DNA of 64,000 nt. Source: Chloroflexota bacterium. Lineage in GTDB: Bacteria > Chloroflexota > Dehalococcoidia > Lucifugimonadales > Lucifugimonadaceae. The translations under genes and the position numbers were made by a program. The notes below the pieces were generated by a model. The model saw nothing but the letters and a program-made list of their open reading frames with translations. It had not been told where the DNA came from and made no database searches. Shown one piece after another: positions 38,527 to 48,472 of the stretch (positions are counted from its first letter, which is position 1; the number at the start of each line of letters is the position of its first letter). The DNA is taken from the NCBI GenBank assembly GCA_002719295.1, contig PBHC01000005.1:81597-145596 (forward strand), in the 5' to 3' direction.

Positions 38527-39959
38527 GAAATATTTATAACTCTAATTAAGTTTGTATTTCCTTTTACTCCAATAGGAAGACCCGCAACTACTACTATAGT
38601 GTCTCCTATAGAAGCTAAATTTAGTTCTTTGACTATATCATTTGCGTATTCAAACATTTCTTCAATTTGTTCGAAATTAGAAACATTTATAGTGTTAACT
38701 CCCCATCTTAATCCTAGGTTTATTTCTGCACTCAAATCAGGAGAAAGTGCAATTACAGATTGAGAAGGCCTATAAGAAGCAACTCTTGCAGCTGTTGAGC
38801 CAGATTCTGTAAATGCAACAATTAATTTTGATTCTAATTGTTCTGCTATACTTGCGGCACCATGTGCTATAAGTTCATCAACATGATTTGAATCTGAAGA
38901 ATTTATATTTTCTAATTTGAGATTTCTGATGTAGTTGTTGTTTATATTTTTTTCAGCAATATCAGAAATTTCTCTCATGAATTCTACAGCTCTTATAGGA
39001 TAGTTTCCAACTGATGTTTCTCCAGATAACATAATTGCATCTGTACCATCTAAAACAGCGTTATGCACGTCTGTAGATTCTGCTCTAGTTGGTTGGGGGT
39101 TTTCCGTCATTGACTCCAACATTTGAGTTGCGGTAATAACCTCTTTTCCTTTTTTATTTGAAAGGTTAATAATATATTTTTGTGCAGATGGGACTTCAGA
39201 AATTGGGAGATGAACACCTAAATCTCCTCTAGCAACCATAACTACATCTGAATTATCAATTATTTCTTCCAAATTATCTAATGCTTTTTGCAATTCTATT
39301 TTAGATATAATTCTTAGTTTTTTATCACCTAATTTTTCTTTAACTCTTTTTATATCTTCTGCATTTCTTACATAAGAGAGTCCAATGTAGTCTATATCAT
39401 TTGTAATGACAAAATTTAATGCACTTTCTGTTTCTTCTGTGAAATAATCTAGCATTGATGGATAACCTCTTGCTACTACGGCTTTATTACTACTTATTTT
39501 TCCTGACAATTTTACTTTGGTTTCTAATTGAGTTTGATTTTTCCCTGTAACTTCCAGCTCAACAGCACCATCGTCAATCATTAATATTGCACCTTTTTCT
39601 ACATCATCATTTAATCCAGATGGCCAAATATTTAACAATTTTGATTCAAGTTTTTCATTATCACATTCGAATATAATTTTTTGATTTTCTGTGACTTCCA
39701 TAATTCCATTTTCAATTTCACCTACTCTATATTTTGGTCCAGGAAGATCAGCCAAAATTGGAAGATATATTTTACGATTTTTTGCAGCTTCTCTTAAGTT
39801 AGAAATTATTTTTTTATGATCACTTTGGTTTCCGTGTGAAAGATTCATTCTGGCAACATTCATGCCAGCGTCAATTAATCCTTCAATAATTTCAACGGAT
39901 TCTGAGGAAGGGCCTATAGTACATACTATTTTGGTTTTTTTTAATATACTTTTTTGCAT
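38523..39959 (-). CDS. pyk: Pyruvate kinase
   Basis: KTKIVCTIGP, ARMNLSHG, MVARGDLG, ATQMLESM, PTRAE and MLSGETS.G.YP. Confidence 0.97.
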   Translation of the reverse strand: MQKSILKKTKIVCTIGPSSESVEIIEGLIDAGMNVARMNLSHGNQSDHKKIISNLREAAKNRKIYLPILADLPGPKYRVGEIENGIMEVTENQKIIFECDNEKLESKLLNIWPSGLNDDVEKGAILMIDDGAVELEVTGKNQTQLETKVKLSGKISSNKAVVARGYPSMLDYFTEETESALNFVITNDIDYIGLSYVRNAEDIKRVKEKLGDKKLRIISKIELQKALDNLEEIIDNSDVVMVARGDLGVHLPISEVPSAQKYIINLSNKKGKEVITATQMLESMTENPQPTRAESTDVHNAVLDGTDAIMLSGETSVGNYPIRAVEFMREISDIAEKNINNNYIRNLKLENINSSDSNHVDELIAHGAASIAEQLESKLIVAFTESGSTAARVASYRPSQSVIALSPDLSAEINLGLRWGVNTINVSNFEQIEEMFEYANDIVKELNLASIGDTIVVVAGLPIGVKGNTNLIRVINIS

Positions 39960-40055
39960 AATTTATAAAATATTTTTATAGAAATAGAATTCAATTAAGA
40001 TTTATATATCGTATTATATATTATAGTTATAGAAGAGAATCTAATAGAGGGTGTT

Positions 40056-40757
40056 ATGGCTGAAGAAAATCATAATTTGTTCCAATTGCAAGAATATGAT
40101 TTAGGTATTTTTAACAATGAAGATAAAGTGAATCAGATTCTAAAAAAAATAGATGAAAAACTAGGAATTGATGATCTTAAATCAAAATTAGAATTAATAG
40201 AAAAAAAATTTGAAGATCTTACTAAACTTCAATTAAGAGTGAATCAAATAATAGATCAAACTAGTAATGAAATCAACGAATTAAATACAACTCTATACTC
40301 AGGAAAAATTAGAAATACTAAAGAGGTAGAGGCAATAGAAATTGAAATCAAAAATAAGAATGAACATTTGACATCATATGAATCTAAGATAAGTAAGGTT
40401 AATGAAAATATTACAAAATTAAGTGAAATTAAAGAAAACTATGAGTTGAAAATTTTTTCACTTGAAGAGAAATGGATTGATTTGGAAAAAAAATTTAATT
40501 ATGAAATTGAAACCTTAAATAATGATAGGTTGAATCTTGAAGAAAAAAGAGAAGGATTATCAAGAAAATTAGATAAAAACACACTTAACTTATATGATTC
40601 TTTTATGAAAAAGAGCAGGAATGTTGGAATTTCTAAATTAGACAATAAAATAAGTACTTGTTGTAAAATTGAGCTTCCTAATGCATTTGTAGAGAAAATA
40701 AAAAATAGCGAATTACCTATAGTATGTAATTGTGGTAAATCTTTAATTTCGGAGTGA
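40056..40757 (+). CDS. Coiled-coil protein with C-terminal C4-type zinc ribbon (DUF164/CT398-like)
   Basis: L.QLQ..D start, LYSG...N.KE, long coiled coil and a TCC...CNCG end. Confidence 0.8.
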   Translation: MAEENHNLFQLQEYDLGIFNNEDKVNQILKKIDEKLGIDDLKSKLELIEKKFEDLTKLQLRVNQIIDQTSNEINELNTTLYSGKIRNTKEVEAIEIEIKNKNEHLTSYESKISKVNENITKLSEIKENYELKIFSLEEKWIDLEKKFNYEIETLNNDRLNLEEKREGLSRKLDKNTLNLYDSFMKKSRNVGISKLDNKISTCCKIELPNAFVEKIKNSELPIVCNCGKSLISE

Positions 40758-40761
40758 TTTT

Positions 40762-41883
40762 TTGAATTGTTTAGCGGTTGTTCATGACGAAAGAAATAGT
40801 GAAGAAATAAATAAAATAAATGAATTTTCTCGTTATGAAAATGTTTCTATAGATTATTATCTTGGTAGACTTGATTTCAAAAAAACCTTTGACTTTATAG
40901 TAAAGAACAATATATCAAAAGTATTTTTATCGGATGCAAATGTTTTAGATAATGATCTAAGCTCTTTTACTGAAAAAATCATAGCATTACATAAAAATAA
41001 CATTTCTGTATTGTGTGCTTCTTATGATTTTCCTGACCCATTTCAGCTAGCTATAAGAACATTAAGTTTAAATGGGAAAGATCCTGGCAGAATAAACAAA
41101 ATAAAAGATTCAATAAATAAGAAAGCTTCAAGAGGTCAGGTTTTAGGAAAAATTCCCTATGGATATAAAAAAAATCTCACAGGGTTCTTTGAAGAAGATT
41201 CATCTCAGTCAAAAAATGTAAAAAAGATTTTTTCTCTGTATAATCAAAATTTTTCTATTTCGGATATAACTAAGGAATTACAAAATACTTTGTTAACTGA
41301 GAAATGGTCTAATCAAAAAGTAAAACATATTTTAGAAAATGATTTTTATATTGGAATTTATAGAAGATATAATGTTGTAATCCCTAATTCACACATATCA
41401 ATAATCGATAAAAAAGATTTTGATAATGCAAATAAGAAATTAGATATTGATGATAAAAGATCTTATATAAAGAATTATTGGACGAGATTTCTTTTTTGTG
41501 GATTTTGTTTTAATAAATTATCAATATCTAATCATAAAAATTCATGGATAAGTAAAGGTGAAAGAAAAAGTAAAAATTATAAATATTATATTTGTGATCA
41601 TAAAAACTCTGAAATTGGATTTTCAAAAACTCTGAAAATTAAGTATGAAAAATTGAATGATTTATTAGAAATAAATATTAATAAAGAATTGATTTTAGAA
41701 AAAAAATTTGAAGATTCATACGTATATAAATTAATCTCAAAGCTATCTAATTCAAAAATTGTTTTTGATGATTTTATAGAAAAATTTGAAAATTATAAAA
41801 AATCTTCTTTGCAAAATAAAAATATGATTGAAAAGATTTTTATAAAGCAAATGAATAATGAAATATTTATATCCTCTACATAA
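40762..41883 (+). CDS. Degenerate large serine recombinase-family protein (recombinase + zinc-ribbon domains)
   Basis: RI..IK......A.RG..LG..PYGY, V..IF.LY, W....V..IL.N..Y.G, H..II....F and CGFC...YY.C; no YxRxS catalytic motif. Confidence 0.8.
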   Translation: MNCLAVVHDERNSEEINKINEFSRYENVSIDYYLGRLDFKKTFDFIVKNNISKVFLSDANVLDNDLSSFTEKIIALHKNNISVLCASYDFPDPFQLAIRTLSLNGKDPGRINKIKDSINKKASRGQVLGKIPYGYKKNLTGFFEEDSSQSKNVKKIFSLYNQNFSISDITKELQNTLLTEKWSNQKVKHILENDFYIGIYRRYNVVIPNSHISIIDKKDFDNANKKLDIDDKRSYIKNYWTRFLFCGFCFNKLSISNHKNSWISKGERKSKNYKYYICDHKNSEIGFSKTLKIKYEKLNDLLEININKELILEKKFEDSYVYKLISKLSNSKIVFDDFIEKFENYKKSSLQNKNMIEKIFIKQMNNEIFISST

Positions 41884-41934
41884 ATTAGTTATAATGTAAA
41901 AGTTAGACTATAAATTTAGTTTTTAACAATGAGG

Positions 41935-42274
41935 TAAAAGAAAGACGAGTGATCGCTGGCTTTGCCAGAGGAAAGTCCGAGCACCACTAGGATAAAGTGC
42001 CTGTTAACGGCAGGGCAGGGCAACCTGACGGATAGTGCAACAGAAAATATACCGCCATTATGGTAAGGGTGAAAAGGTAAGGTAAGAGCTTACCACAAAT
42101 TTGGTAACAAGTTTGGTATTGTAAACCCCACTTGGTGCAAGGCTAAATAGAGGAACGATAAGTTATCCTAGACAGTTCCCGGGTAAGCTGCTCGAGCTAG
42201 TTGGTGACAGCTAGCCTAGATGGATGATCACATCTACATATAGAAACAGAACTCGGCTTATAGTCTTTCTTTTA
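41935..42274 (+). ncRNA. rnpB: RNase P RNA (type A)
   Basis: GAGGAAAGTCC (CR-I), AGTGCAACAGAAA and ACAGAACTCGGCTTA (CR-V); terminal P1 helix TAAAAGAAAGAC/GTCTTTCTTTTA. Confidence 0.97.
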
Positions 42275-42284
42275 TCTTTATTTA

Positions 42285-43868
42285 CTAAGGTACTGCATGA
42301 CCCGCAAATATCCCTGTGCATTTTTCATTTTTTACCGCAATATTTCCATTTACAATTACGTAAGGAATTCCTACAGGAAATTGCTTTGCATCATCATAAG
42401 TAGCTGTATCAATTATTTTTTCTTCATCAAAAATTACTATGTCTGCGAAATATCCTTCTTTTAAAGAACCTCTTCCAGTTAATTTAAAAGTTTTGGCAGG
42501 ATTGTTGCAGATTCTTTGAATCATTTGTTCAAGTGATATTATGTTATTAAATTGTCTTCTAAGCCTTCCAATAAACCTTGGAAATGTACCGTAAGCTCTA
42601 GGATGAGGCACGTTTCCCAATCTAATTGAATCGCTTCCTATCATATAATCAGGTCTTGATAAAAATTCCACAGCATCTTTGCTGATTTGTCTCCAAGTAG
42701 AAATACTTTCAGGAGGAATTTGCCAAAAACCTACCTGTAAATCTTGTTCTATTAATATATTACAGATCAAATCTCCCATAGATAATCCTCTGATTTCTGC
42801 AAGTTGAGAAACTGTCATACCTTCTAATTCAGGATTATTTGGCAAATAAGAAAGTAATATGTGATCCATTCTTCTTTTTTTATTTAATCCAAAGCTTTCT
42901 ATAATTTTTGAACGTGCATTGTTATCATTTAATCTTTCTAAAATTTCCTTTGGTCCTCCCTCATGAGCCCAGCTTGGTAAATTGCTAAGTAAGAAAGAAC
43001 TCCCAGTAGGATAAGGATATAATTCTAAAGTACAATCTACTCCCTCATCTTTAGCTTTATCAATTAATTCTAGTACTTCGGAAACTTGTCCAGCATTCTC
43101 AGCACTTGTTCTTGTGTGAGAAAAATGAACTCTGACCCCCGATATTCTACCTATTTCAAGAGCTTCGGGAATACCTCCTCCGCCAAAACCTCTTTCTTTA
43201 TTTACATCTCTCAAATGAGTAATATAGACACCGTCTTTTTCTTTTACAACTTTGCATAACTGTATCAATTCTTCTGTGTTACTCCACGCATTAGGATGGT
43301 ATGACATTCCAGTAGCTAATCCTACAGAACCTTGTTCTAAACCTTCTCTAAGTAGACTTTTTGCATTCTCTAGTTCTTTTCCTTCTAAAGGTTTATCATA
43401 AAACCCTACTGATTCCATTCTTAGAGCACCATGTGAAACTGGGTATGCAGTATTGATAGAAACTTTTTTATGATAATTAGATCTAAAAGCACTTATACTG
43501 CTCATGTCCAGATTTTCTGGAGGCATGCCTAATATTCCGCCTAAATATTTTCTTTGAATTTTATAATTTTCTGATGAAAGAGGTGCATAAGAAAGTCCAT
43601 CTTGTCCTAAAATTTCTGTGGTTACTCCTTGCCTTAAGCTACTAGCATGCTGAGGATCGTTAAGTAAAACCCCGTCATGGTGAGTATGAGTATCTATAAA
43701 GCCAGGCGAAACAATTAGTCCATTTGCATCAATAGTTTCTTTTGACTCTTTTCCGGTTGAATCTCCAATAAAGCTTATTTTTTCTCCTGAAATACCTATA
43801 TCTGCTATAAATCTCTTTTTCCCAGAACCATTTATAACATTTCCATTTTTTATAAGTAAATCGAACAT
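42285..43868 (-). CDS. N-acyl-D-amino-acid deacylase (D-aminoacylase) family amidohydrolase
   Basis: PGFIDTHTH.D, QGVTTE..G.DG.S, HLRD, GSD and HPRAYGTFPR. Confidence 0.92.
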   Translation of the reverse strand: MFDLLIKNGNVINGSGKKRFIADIGISGEKISFIGDSTGKESKETIDANGLIVSPGFIDTHTHHDGVLLNDPQHASSLRQGVTTEILGQDGLSYAPLSSENYKIQRKYLGGILGMPPENLDMSSISAFRSNYHKKVSINTAYPVSHGALRMESVGFYDKPLEGKELENAKSLLREGLEQGSVGLATGMSYHPNAWSNTEELIQLCKVVKEKDGVYITHLRDVNKERGFGGGGIPEALEIGRISGVRVHFSHTRTSAENAGQVSEVLELIDKAKDEGVDCTLELYPYPTGSSFLLSNLPSWAHEGGPKEILERLNDNNARSKIIESFGLNKKRRMDHILLSYLPNNPELEGMTVSQLAEIRGLSMGDLICNILIEQDLQVGFWQIPPESISTWRQISKDAVEFLSRPDYMIGSDSIRLGNVPHPRAYGTFPRFIGRLRRQFNNIISLEQMIQRICNNPAKTFKLTGRGSLKEGYFADIVIFDEEKIIDTATYDDAKQFPVGIPYVIVNGNIAVKNEKCTGIFAGHAVP

Positions 43869-43893
43869 GTTTAACTGAAATCCATAACTATAT

Positions 43894-45069
43894 TTATTCT
43901 GATTGTCCTCGTTTAGCCCAATCCATTTTTTCGAACATATTTAGACCAGGATCTAAATTGATTCCTTCTTTATTTTTTTCTGGAGGATGAGAAAGTATAA
44001 ATTCTTCATTCAATTCAATACCCCATCCAGGTTTATCAGGCACGCTAAAAAACCCATCGACAACTTCTGGATAGAAGTTGGCAGCTTCTTTTACAAATGG
44101 ATCAGCAAAATCATTAAAGTGTTCTAATATTTTAACATTTCGTAATGTTACACATAGATGAATTGCTGCTAATGTAGAAACAACACCACCCACATTATGA
44201 GGAGCTACCATTATAGAGTAAATTTCAGCAGTTGATGCAATTTTTTTTGTCTCAAATATACCTCCTGTTTGGGTGATATCAGGTTGTATTATGTCTACAG
44301 ATTTACTGTTCCATATCTCTCTAAATTCTGAAGCTCCATATAATCTTTCACCTGTTGCAATAGGAAGAGAGGTTTGAATTCTAACTTTCTCTAAACTAGG
44401 GTTGTCGCTTGGCCTTACGGGTTCTTCAATCCAGCCTATATTAAGATGATTTATTTTATTTGCTATTTCAGTTGCTTGATGAGCTGCAAATCTTCCGTGC
44501 ATTTCAATCATCATTTGCATATCATCAGTTATTGTGTCTGATACAGCTTCTATTATTTCAAGAGATTTAAATAGTTCATCTCTTGATAATTCTAAGTCAC
44601 CATTTCCAAATGGATCAAATTTTAAAGCTTTATATCCTTTAGATACAACTTTTGAAGCAGCTAAGGAAAAGCTATCAGGAGTCCTTTCAACTGTATACCA
44701 ACCATTGGCATATGCTTGAATCTTATCCTGAACTTTACCACCAATTAGTTTATATACAGGTTGATTTGTAGCTTTACCCATAATATCCCAAAATGCCATT
44801 TCAACCATTGCTAAACCTGTATGAACTACTTCACCTGCTTTACCAAAATCAAGTAATGTAAATCTTCGATACAAGGCTTCTATATCAAAAGGATCATGCC
44901 CAATAAAATGTCTTTCAACATCTTTTAGATACTCAGCCACTGTATGAGTTTTTCCTACAACTCTTGCCTCTCCAACTCCAGTAATTCCTTCATCAGTTTC
45001 AACAACTATATATGATAAATTCCTCCAAGGAGTACCTAACTGTAATAATCTAAATCCAGTAGTTTTCAT
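43894..45069 (-). CDS. Mandelate racemase/muconate lactonizing family (acid-sugar dehydratase-like)
   Basis: MAFWDIMGK, YANGWY, KFDPFG, EMHGRF, WIEEP, ATGER, QPD and APHN. Confidence 0.92.
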   Translation of the reverse strand: MKTTGFRLLQLGTPWRNLSYIVVETDEGITGVGEARVVGKTHTVAEYLKDVERHFIGHDPFDIEALYRRFTLLDFGKAGEVVHTGLAMVEMAFWDIMGKATNQPVYKLIGGKVQDKIQAYANGWYTVERTPDSFSLAASKVVSKGYKALKFDPFGNGDLELSRDELFKSLEIIEAVSDTITDDMQMMIEMHGRFAAHQATEIANKINHLNIGWIEEPVRPSDNPSLEKVRIQTSLPIATGERLYGASEFREIWNSKSVDIIQPDITQTGGIFETKKIASTAEIYSIMVAPHNVGGVVSTLAAIHLCVTLRNVKILEHFNDFADPFVKEAANFYPEVVDGFFSVPDKPGWGIELNEEFILSHPPEKNKEGINLDPGLNMFEKMDWAKRGQSE

Positions 45070-45070
45070 A

Positions 45071-46756
45071 TTAGCTTACGATTTTTCCTCCAGTTACACT
45101 ATCGTCATTGTAGTATCTACTAAATCGTCCTTCTTGCTGAGTAATAACTTCAATAAGTGCACTTTGGCCATCTTTATTTGTTTTTTGAGCATCTTTTATA
45201 GCTGGAACTATTTCTTCTGGTTTTTCAACATAAATTCCTTTGGCTCCTAGCCCTTCAGCAATTGTAGTGTAGGAACCTGTATTGTTTCCAGCTCCATATC
45301 TCTCCATAGCTGTAGGCATATGATGATCATAACCACCCATTGTACTATTATTTAATAAAATAGTTGTAATAGGGTTTTCAGATCTAACTGAAGTTTCTAA
45401 ATCTAAACCAGAAAGACCAAAAGCTGTATCTCCCATAAAGTTAACACAAAACTTATCAGGGTGAGCTATTTTAGCTCCAATTACTAATGGTAATCCATAT
45501 CCTAAATGAGTAGATTTACCCCATCCAATATAACTGTTTGGGACTGTTGCCGGATAGAAAGGCATAATTTGATCTCTAGGATGACCTGCGTCATGAGTCA
45601 TTATTGTATTTTCATGATCAACTGCGTTATTAATTTCAGTAATCAATCTGTATGGATTTATAGGAACATCGTTAGAATTTAATAGCGGTGCCCAATCTGC
45701 TTCCCATTCTTTTTTTACTTGAGCAATTGATTCTACTATTTTTGTATCTTTAGTTCTTGAATCTCCATAAGTTCCTTTTGCTTCATCAATAAGCATTTTT
45801 AGAGTAGATTTCACATCTCCTAATAGTCCAATTTCGGTTGGATATTCTTTATCAATATCTTCAATATTATTTGTATTGTGAATTATAGATTTACCTTCTG
45901 GTATGTCTATTCCAAAAGTGGTTCTTGAAAAGCTAGCCCCTAAACCAATAAGTACATCGGAGTCCTTCAGCCAAGACCAAACAGCTTTAGGAGCAGTTCT
46001 ATTTGCAGCTCCTAATGATAGAGGATGACGTTCATCAAAAGCAGATTTTCCTGGCATCGTTGTAATAACTGGAATTTGCATTATTTCTGCAAATTCTTTT
46101 AGTTCTTCAGTTGCTGCACCATATAGGATTCCTTGACCTGCCCAAATTACGGGGTTTTTAGCAGTTCCAAGAGCTTTTATAGCATCCTTAACATTTGAAA
46201 GACTTGGAGCAGTCAAATTACTATTAGGACTTGAATAATCATCAGTGTTATCTACTTCTCCTGCCATAGCATCGCTTCTCATTTCAAGAAGCACAGGTCC
46301 TGGCCTGCCATTTTTTAATGCCGACATGGCTCTTCTCATTTGAGTAGAAATTTCGGAACTCTTTGTTATTGAAGAACACCATTTAGTTATGTTTGCAAAG
46401 TTAGTTTGAGGATCAAAATTTGGTTTTACTTCCGCAACATTTGCAGGAGATCCAGCTGGAAGATATAAAACAGGAACCGCTTCGGCCCATGCTTGAGCAA
46501 ATCCACCGAAAGAATTTTCTATTCCAGGTCCTCCTTGAGAACAAAAAACACCCATTTTACCTTCTTTAGCTAACATTCTTGCATATCCATCTGCAGCCAT
46601 TATTCCACCACGTTCTTGCCTGAACACGATAGGTTTCAATCCGCCTTTACCAGCAGCTTCAATTAGTGGGTTAGCAGGAAAACAAGCTATCCATTCAAAT
46701 CCTTCTTTTTTCAATATATCTACAACAGCATCATAACCATTCATAATATTCTCCAA
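45071..46756 (-). CDS. Thiamine pyrophosphate-requiring enzyme (acetolactate synthase/decarboxylase superfamily)
   Basis: RQER....ADGYAR, GPG..N, GRPGPV and GDTAFG...NN TPP-binding motif. Confidence 0.9.
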   Translation of the reverse strand: MENIMNGYDAVVDILKKEGFEWIACFPANPLIEAAGKGGLKPIVFRQERGGIMAADGYARMLAKEGKMGVFCSQGGPGIENSFGGFAQAWAEAVPVLYLPAGSPANVAEVKPNFDPQTNFANITKWCSSITKSSEISTQMRRAMSALKNGRPGPVLLEMRSDAMAGEVDNTDDYSSPNSNLTAPSLSNVKDAIKALGTAKNPVIWAGQGILYGAATEELKEFAEIMQIPVITTMPGKSAFDERHPLSLGAANRTAPKAVWSWLKDSDVLIGLGASFSRTTFGIDIPEGKSIIHNTNNIEDIDKEYPTEIGLLGDVKSTLKMLIDEAKGTYGDSRTKDTKIVESIAQVKKEWEADWAPLLNSNDVPINPYRLITEINNAVDHENTIMTHDAGHPRDQIMPFYPATVPNSYIGWGKSTHLGYGLPLVIGAKIAHPDKFCVNFMGDTAFGLSGLDLETSVRSENPITTILLNNSTMGGYDHHMPTAMERYGAGNNTGSYTTIAEGLGAKGIYVEKPEEIVPAIKDAQKTNKDGQSALIEVITQQEGRFSRYYNDDSVTGGKIVS

Positions 46757-46924
46757 AAATTAAATTTTATTTTCCTTATAAAATAACTCTTATTTATTAA
46801 TTAATACAGTACAAAATTGATCAAATTCGTTTTTAAATTACTCATCCTTAAATTTGAAATTTATTTTAAATTTAAGTATTGAAATTTTTTTTTTGTATTT
46901 AAAATAAAGACTTTGAGGTAAAAA

Positions 46925-48001
46925 ATGGTTCAAGAAAGACTAATAGGATTTGGAACTGCGAACATAAAAGTATTTGGTGTTGGTGGTGGTGGCGGAAATG
47001 CAATTAATAGGATGTATAAAGACACAATCCCGGGGATACAATTTGTTGCTGTTAATACAGATAATCAGGCCTTAGAAAACTCTATCATTCCTGAAAAAAT
47101 TAGGATAGGGGATAGAATTGCTAGAGGAATGGGAGTTGGTGGTGATCCATCAAGAGGGAAACAATCGGCTGAAGAAAGCCGAGGTGAAATTAAGGAATTG
47201 TTGAATAATGCTGATATGGCATTTGTAGCTGCTGGTATGGGTGGAGGTTCTGGTACAGGTGCTGCACCTGTAATAGCTGAAATTGCTAAATCATCAGGAG
47301 CCTTAACAATTGGAGTTGTGACCAAACCTTTTGGTTTTGAAGGTACTCAGAGGTTGGATGCTGCTCTTGAGGGAATTGAAAATCTAAAGAAATATGTAGA
47401 CACTCTTATCGTTGTCCCAAATGATAGATTGCTCCAAACAGAGGAAAATCTTTCAATGTCTGATGCTTTTGCTCTTGCAGATGATGTGTTAAAAGTGGGC
47501 ATACAATCTATAGCTGAGCTTATATTAGTACCAGGAGAAATAAACTTGGACTTTGCTGATGTGAAAACAGTAATGGAAAATGCTGGTCCTGCTTGGATGG
47601 GTATAGGAGAATCTTCGGAGGAAAATAGAGCCGTGGATGCAGCAGAAAAGGCAGTTTCATCTCCACTATTAGAATTACCTATTGACGGAGCTAAGGGAGT
47701 TATATTTAATGTTTCTGGAGGACAAGACACCACTTTGGATGAAGTAACGGCTGCTTCTGAAGTGATAAAATCAAAGGTTCATCCTGATGCAAACATTATT
47801 TTTGGAAGTGTAAGTAATCCGAAGCTTAATGGAAAAATTAAAATTACTGTTATTGCTACAGGCTTTCCAGTTATTGTTGATGATGATTTCGCAGAAAGAA
47901 ACATCAAGCAAGAAGGTGTAAGTATAGATGATCTTGAAGTTCCTCCATTCTTGAGGAAACATCCTGGTGCATTGAGAAGATTAAGGTCTGGAACTTTATA
48001 A
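46925..48001 (+). CDS. ftsZ: Cell division protein FtsZ (stand-alone paralogue)
   Basis: [33 protein letters not shown] and a C-terminal LEVPPFLR. Confidence 0.96.
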   Translation: MVQERLIGFGTANIKVFGVGGGGGNAINRMYKDTIPGIQFVAVNTDNQALENSIIPEKIRIGDRIARGMGVGGDPSRGKQSAEESRGEIKELLNNADMAFVAAGMGGGSGTGAAPVIAEIAKSSGALTIGVVTKPFGFEGTQRLDAALEGIENLKKYVDTLIVVPNDRLLQTEENLSMSDAFALADDVLKVGIQSIAELILVPGEINLDFADVKTVMENAGPAWMGIGESSEENRAVDAAEKAVSSPLLELPIDGAKGVIFNVSGGQDTTLDEVTAASEVIKSKVHPDANIIFGSVSNPKLNGKIKITVIATGFPVIVDDDFAERNIKQEGVSIDDLEVPPFLRKHPGALRRLRSGTL

Positions 48002-48004
48002 TAC

Positions 48005-48472
48005 TTATTTTTCAGGTAAGTTATCAATAATTTTATTTAATTTTGAAGTATATCCATTATATGTTGGGTCTGAAACGACTACGAATGCGTCTGTTATTTT
48101 CTCAGCATGATTTGATTTTATCTTGATTAAAGAAAATTCAAAATTATTGATAATTTTTTTTATTTTATTAATTATTGATAAAGATAATTTTTTTTGATTT
48201 ATTTTGTTTTCAGAAATACCTAAGTCGTGAACCATAATTAATTTTATCAACTCATTATTTTTTTTTATATTTAGTATATCTTTGAGTGTTTGATAGATAG
48301 ATTTTGAATAGCAAATATAAGAGATTTCTTCATCTAGAAAAAAACATATTACTCCATCAGTTTTACCCAACATCCATACACTTTTGTCACTTAAAGTAAA
48401 TCTTTCATTTCCTAGTAGATCTAAGTAATCTTTTTTCCATTCTCTTAAGTGTGCTTCAGTAAATTGTTTCAT
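48005..48472 (-). CDS. Hypothetical protein, possibly degenerate GIY-YIG-like fold
   Basis: GVICF....ISYICYS..I..TL and a C-terminal P.YN resemble GIY-YIG spacing; ATGA overlap with pgsA. Confidence 0.45.
   Translation of the reverse strand: MKQFTEAHLREWKKDYLDLLGNERFTLSDKSVWMLGKTDGVICFFLDEEISYICYSKSIYQTLKDILNIKKNNELIKLIMVHDLGISENKINQKKLSLSIINKIKKIINNFEFSLIKIKSNHAEKITDAFVVVSDPTYNGYTSKLNKIIDNLPEK

Noticed and set aside
40762..42274. Active prophage or genomic island integrated at rnpB
   Set aside because: No cargo, no duplicated rnpB end or att repeats seen, housekeeping genes on both sides, and the recombinase lacks its catalytic motif.
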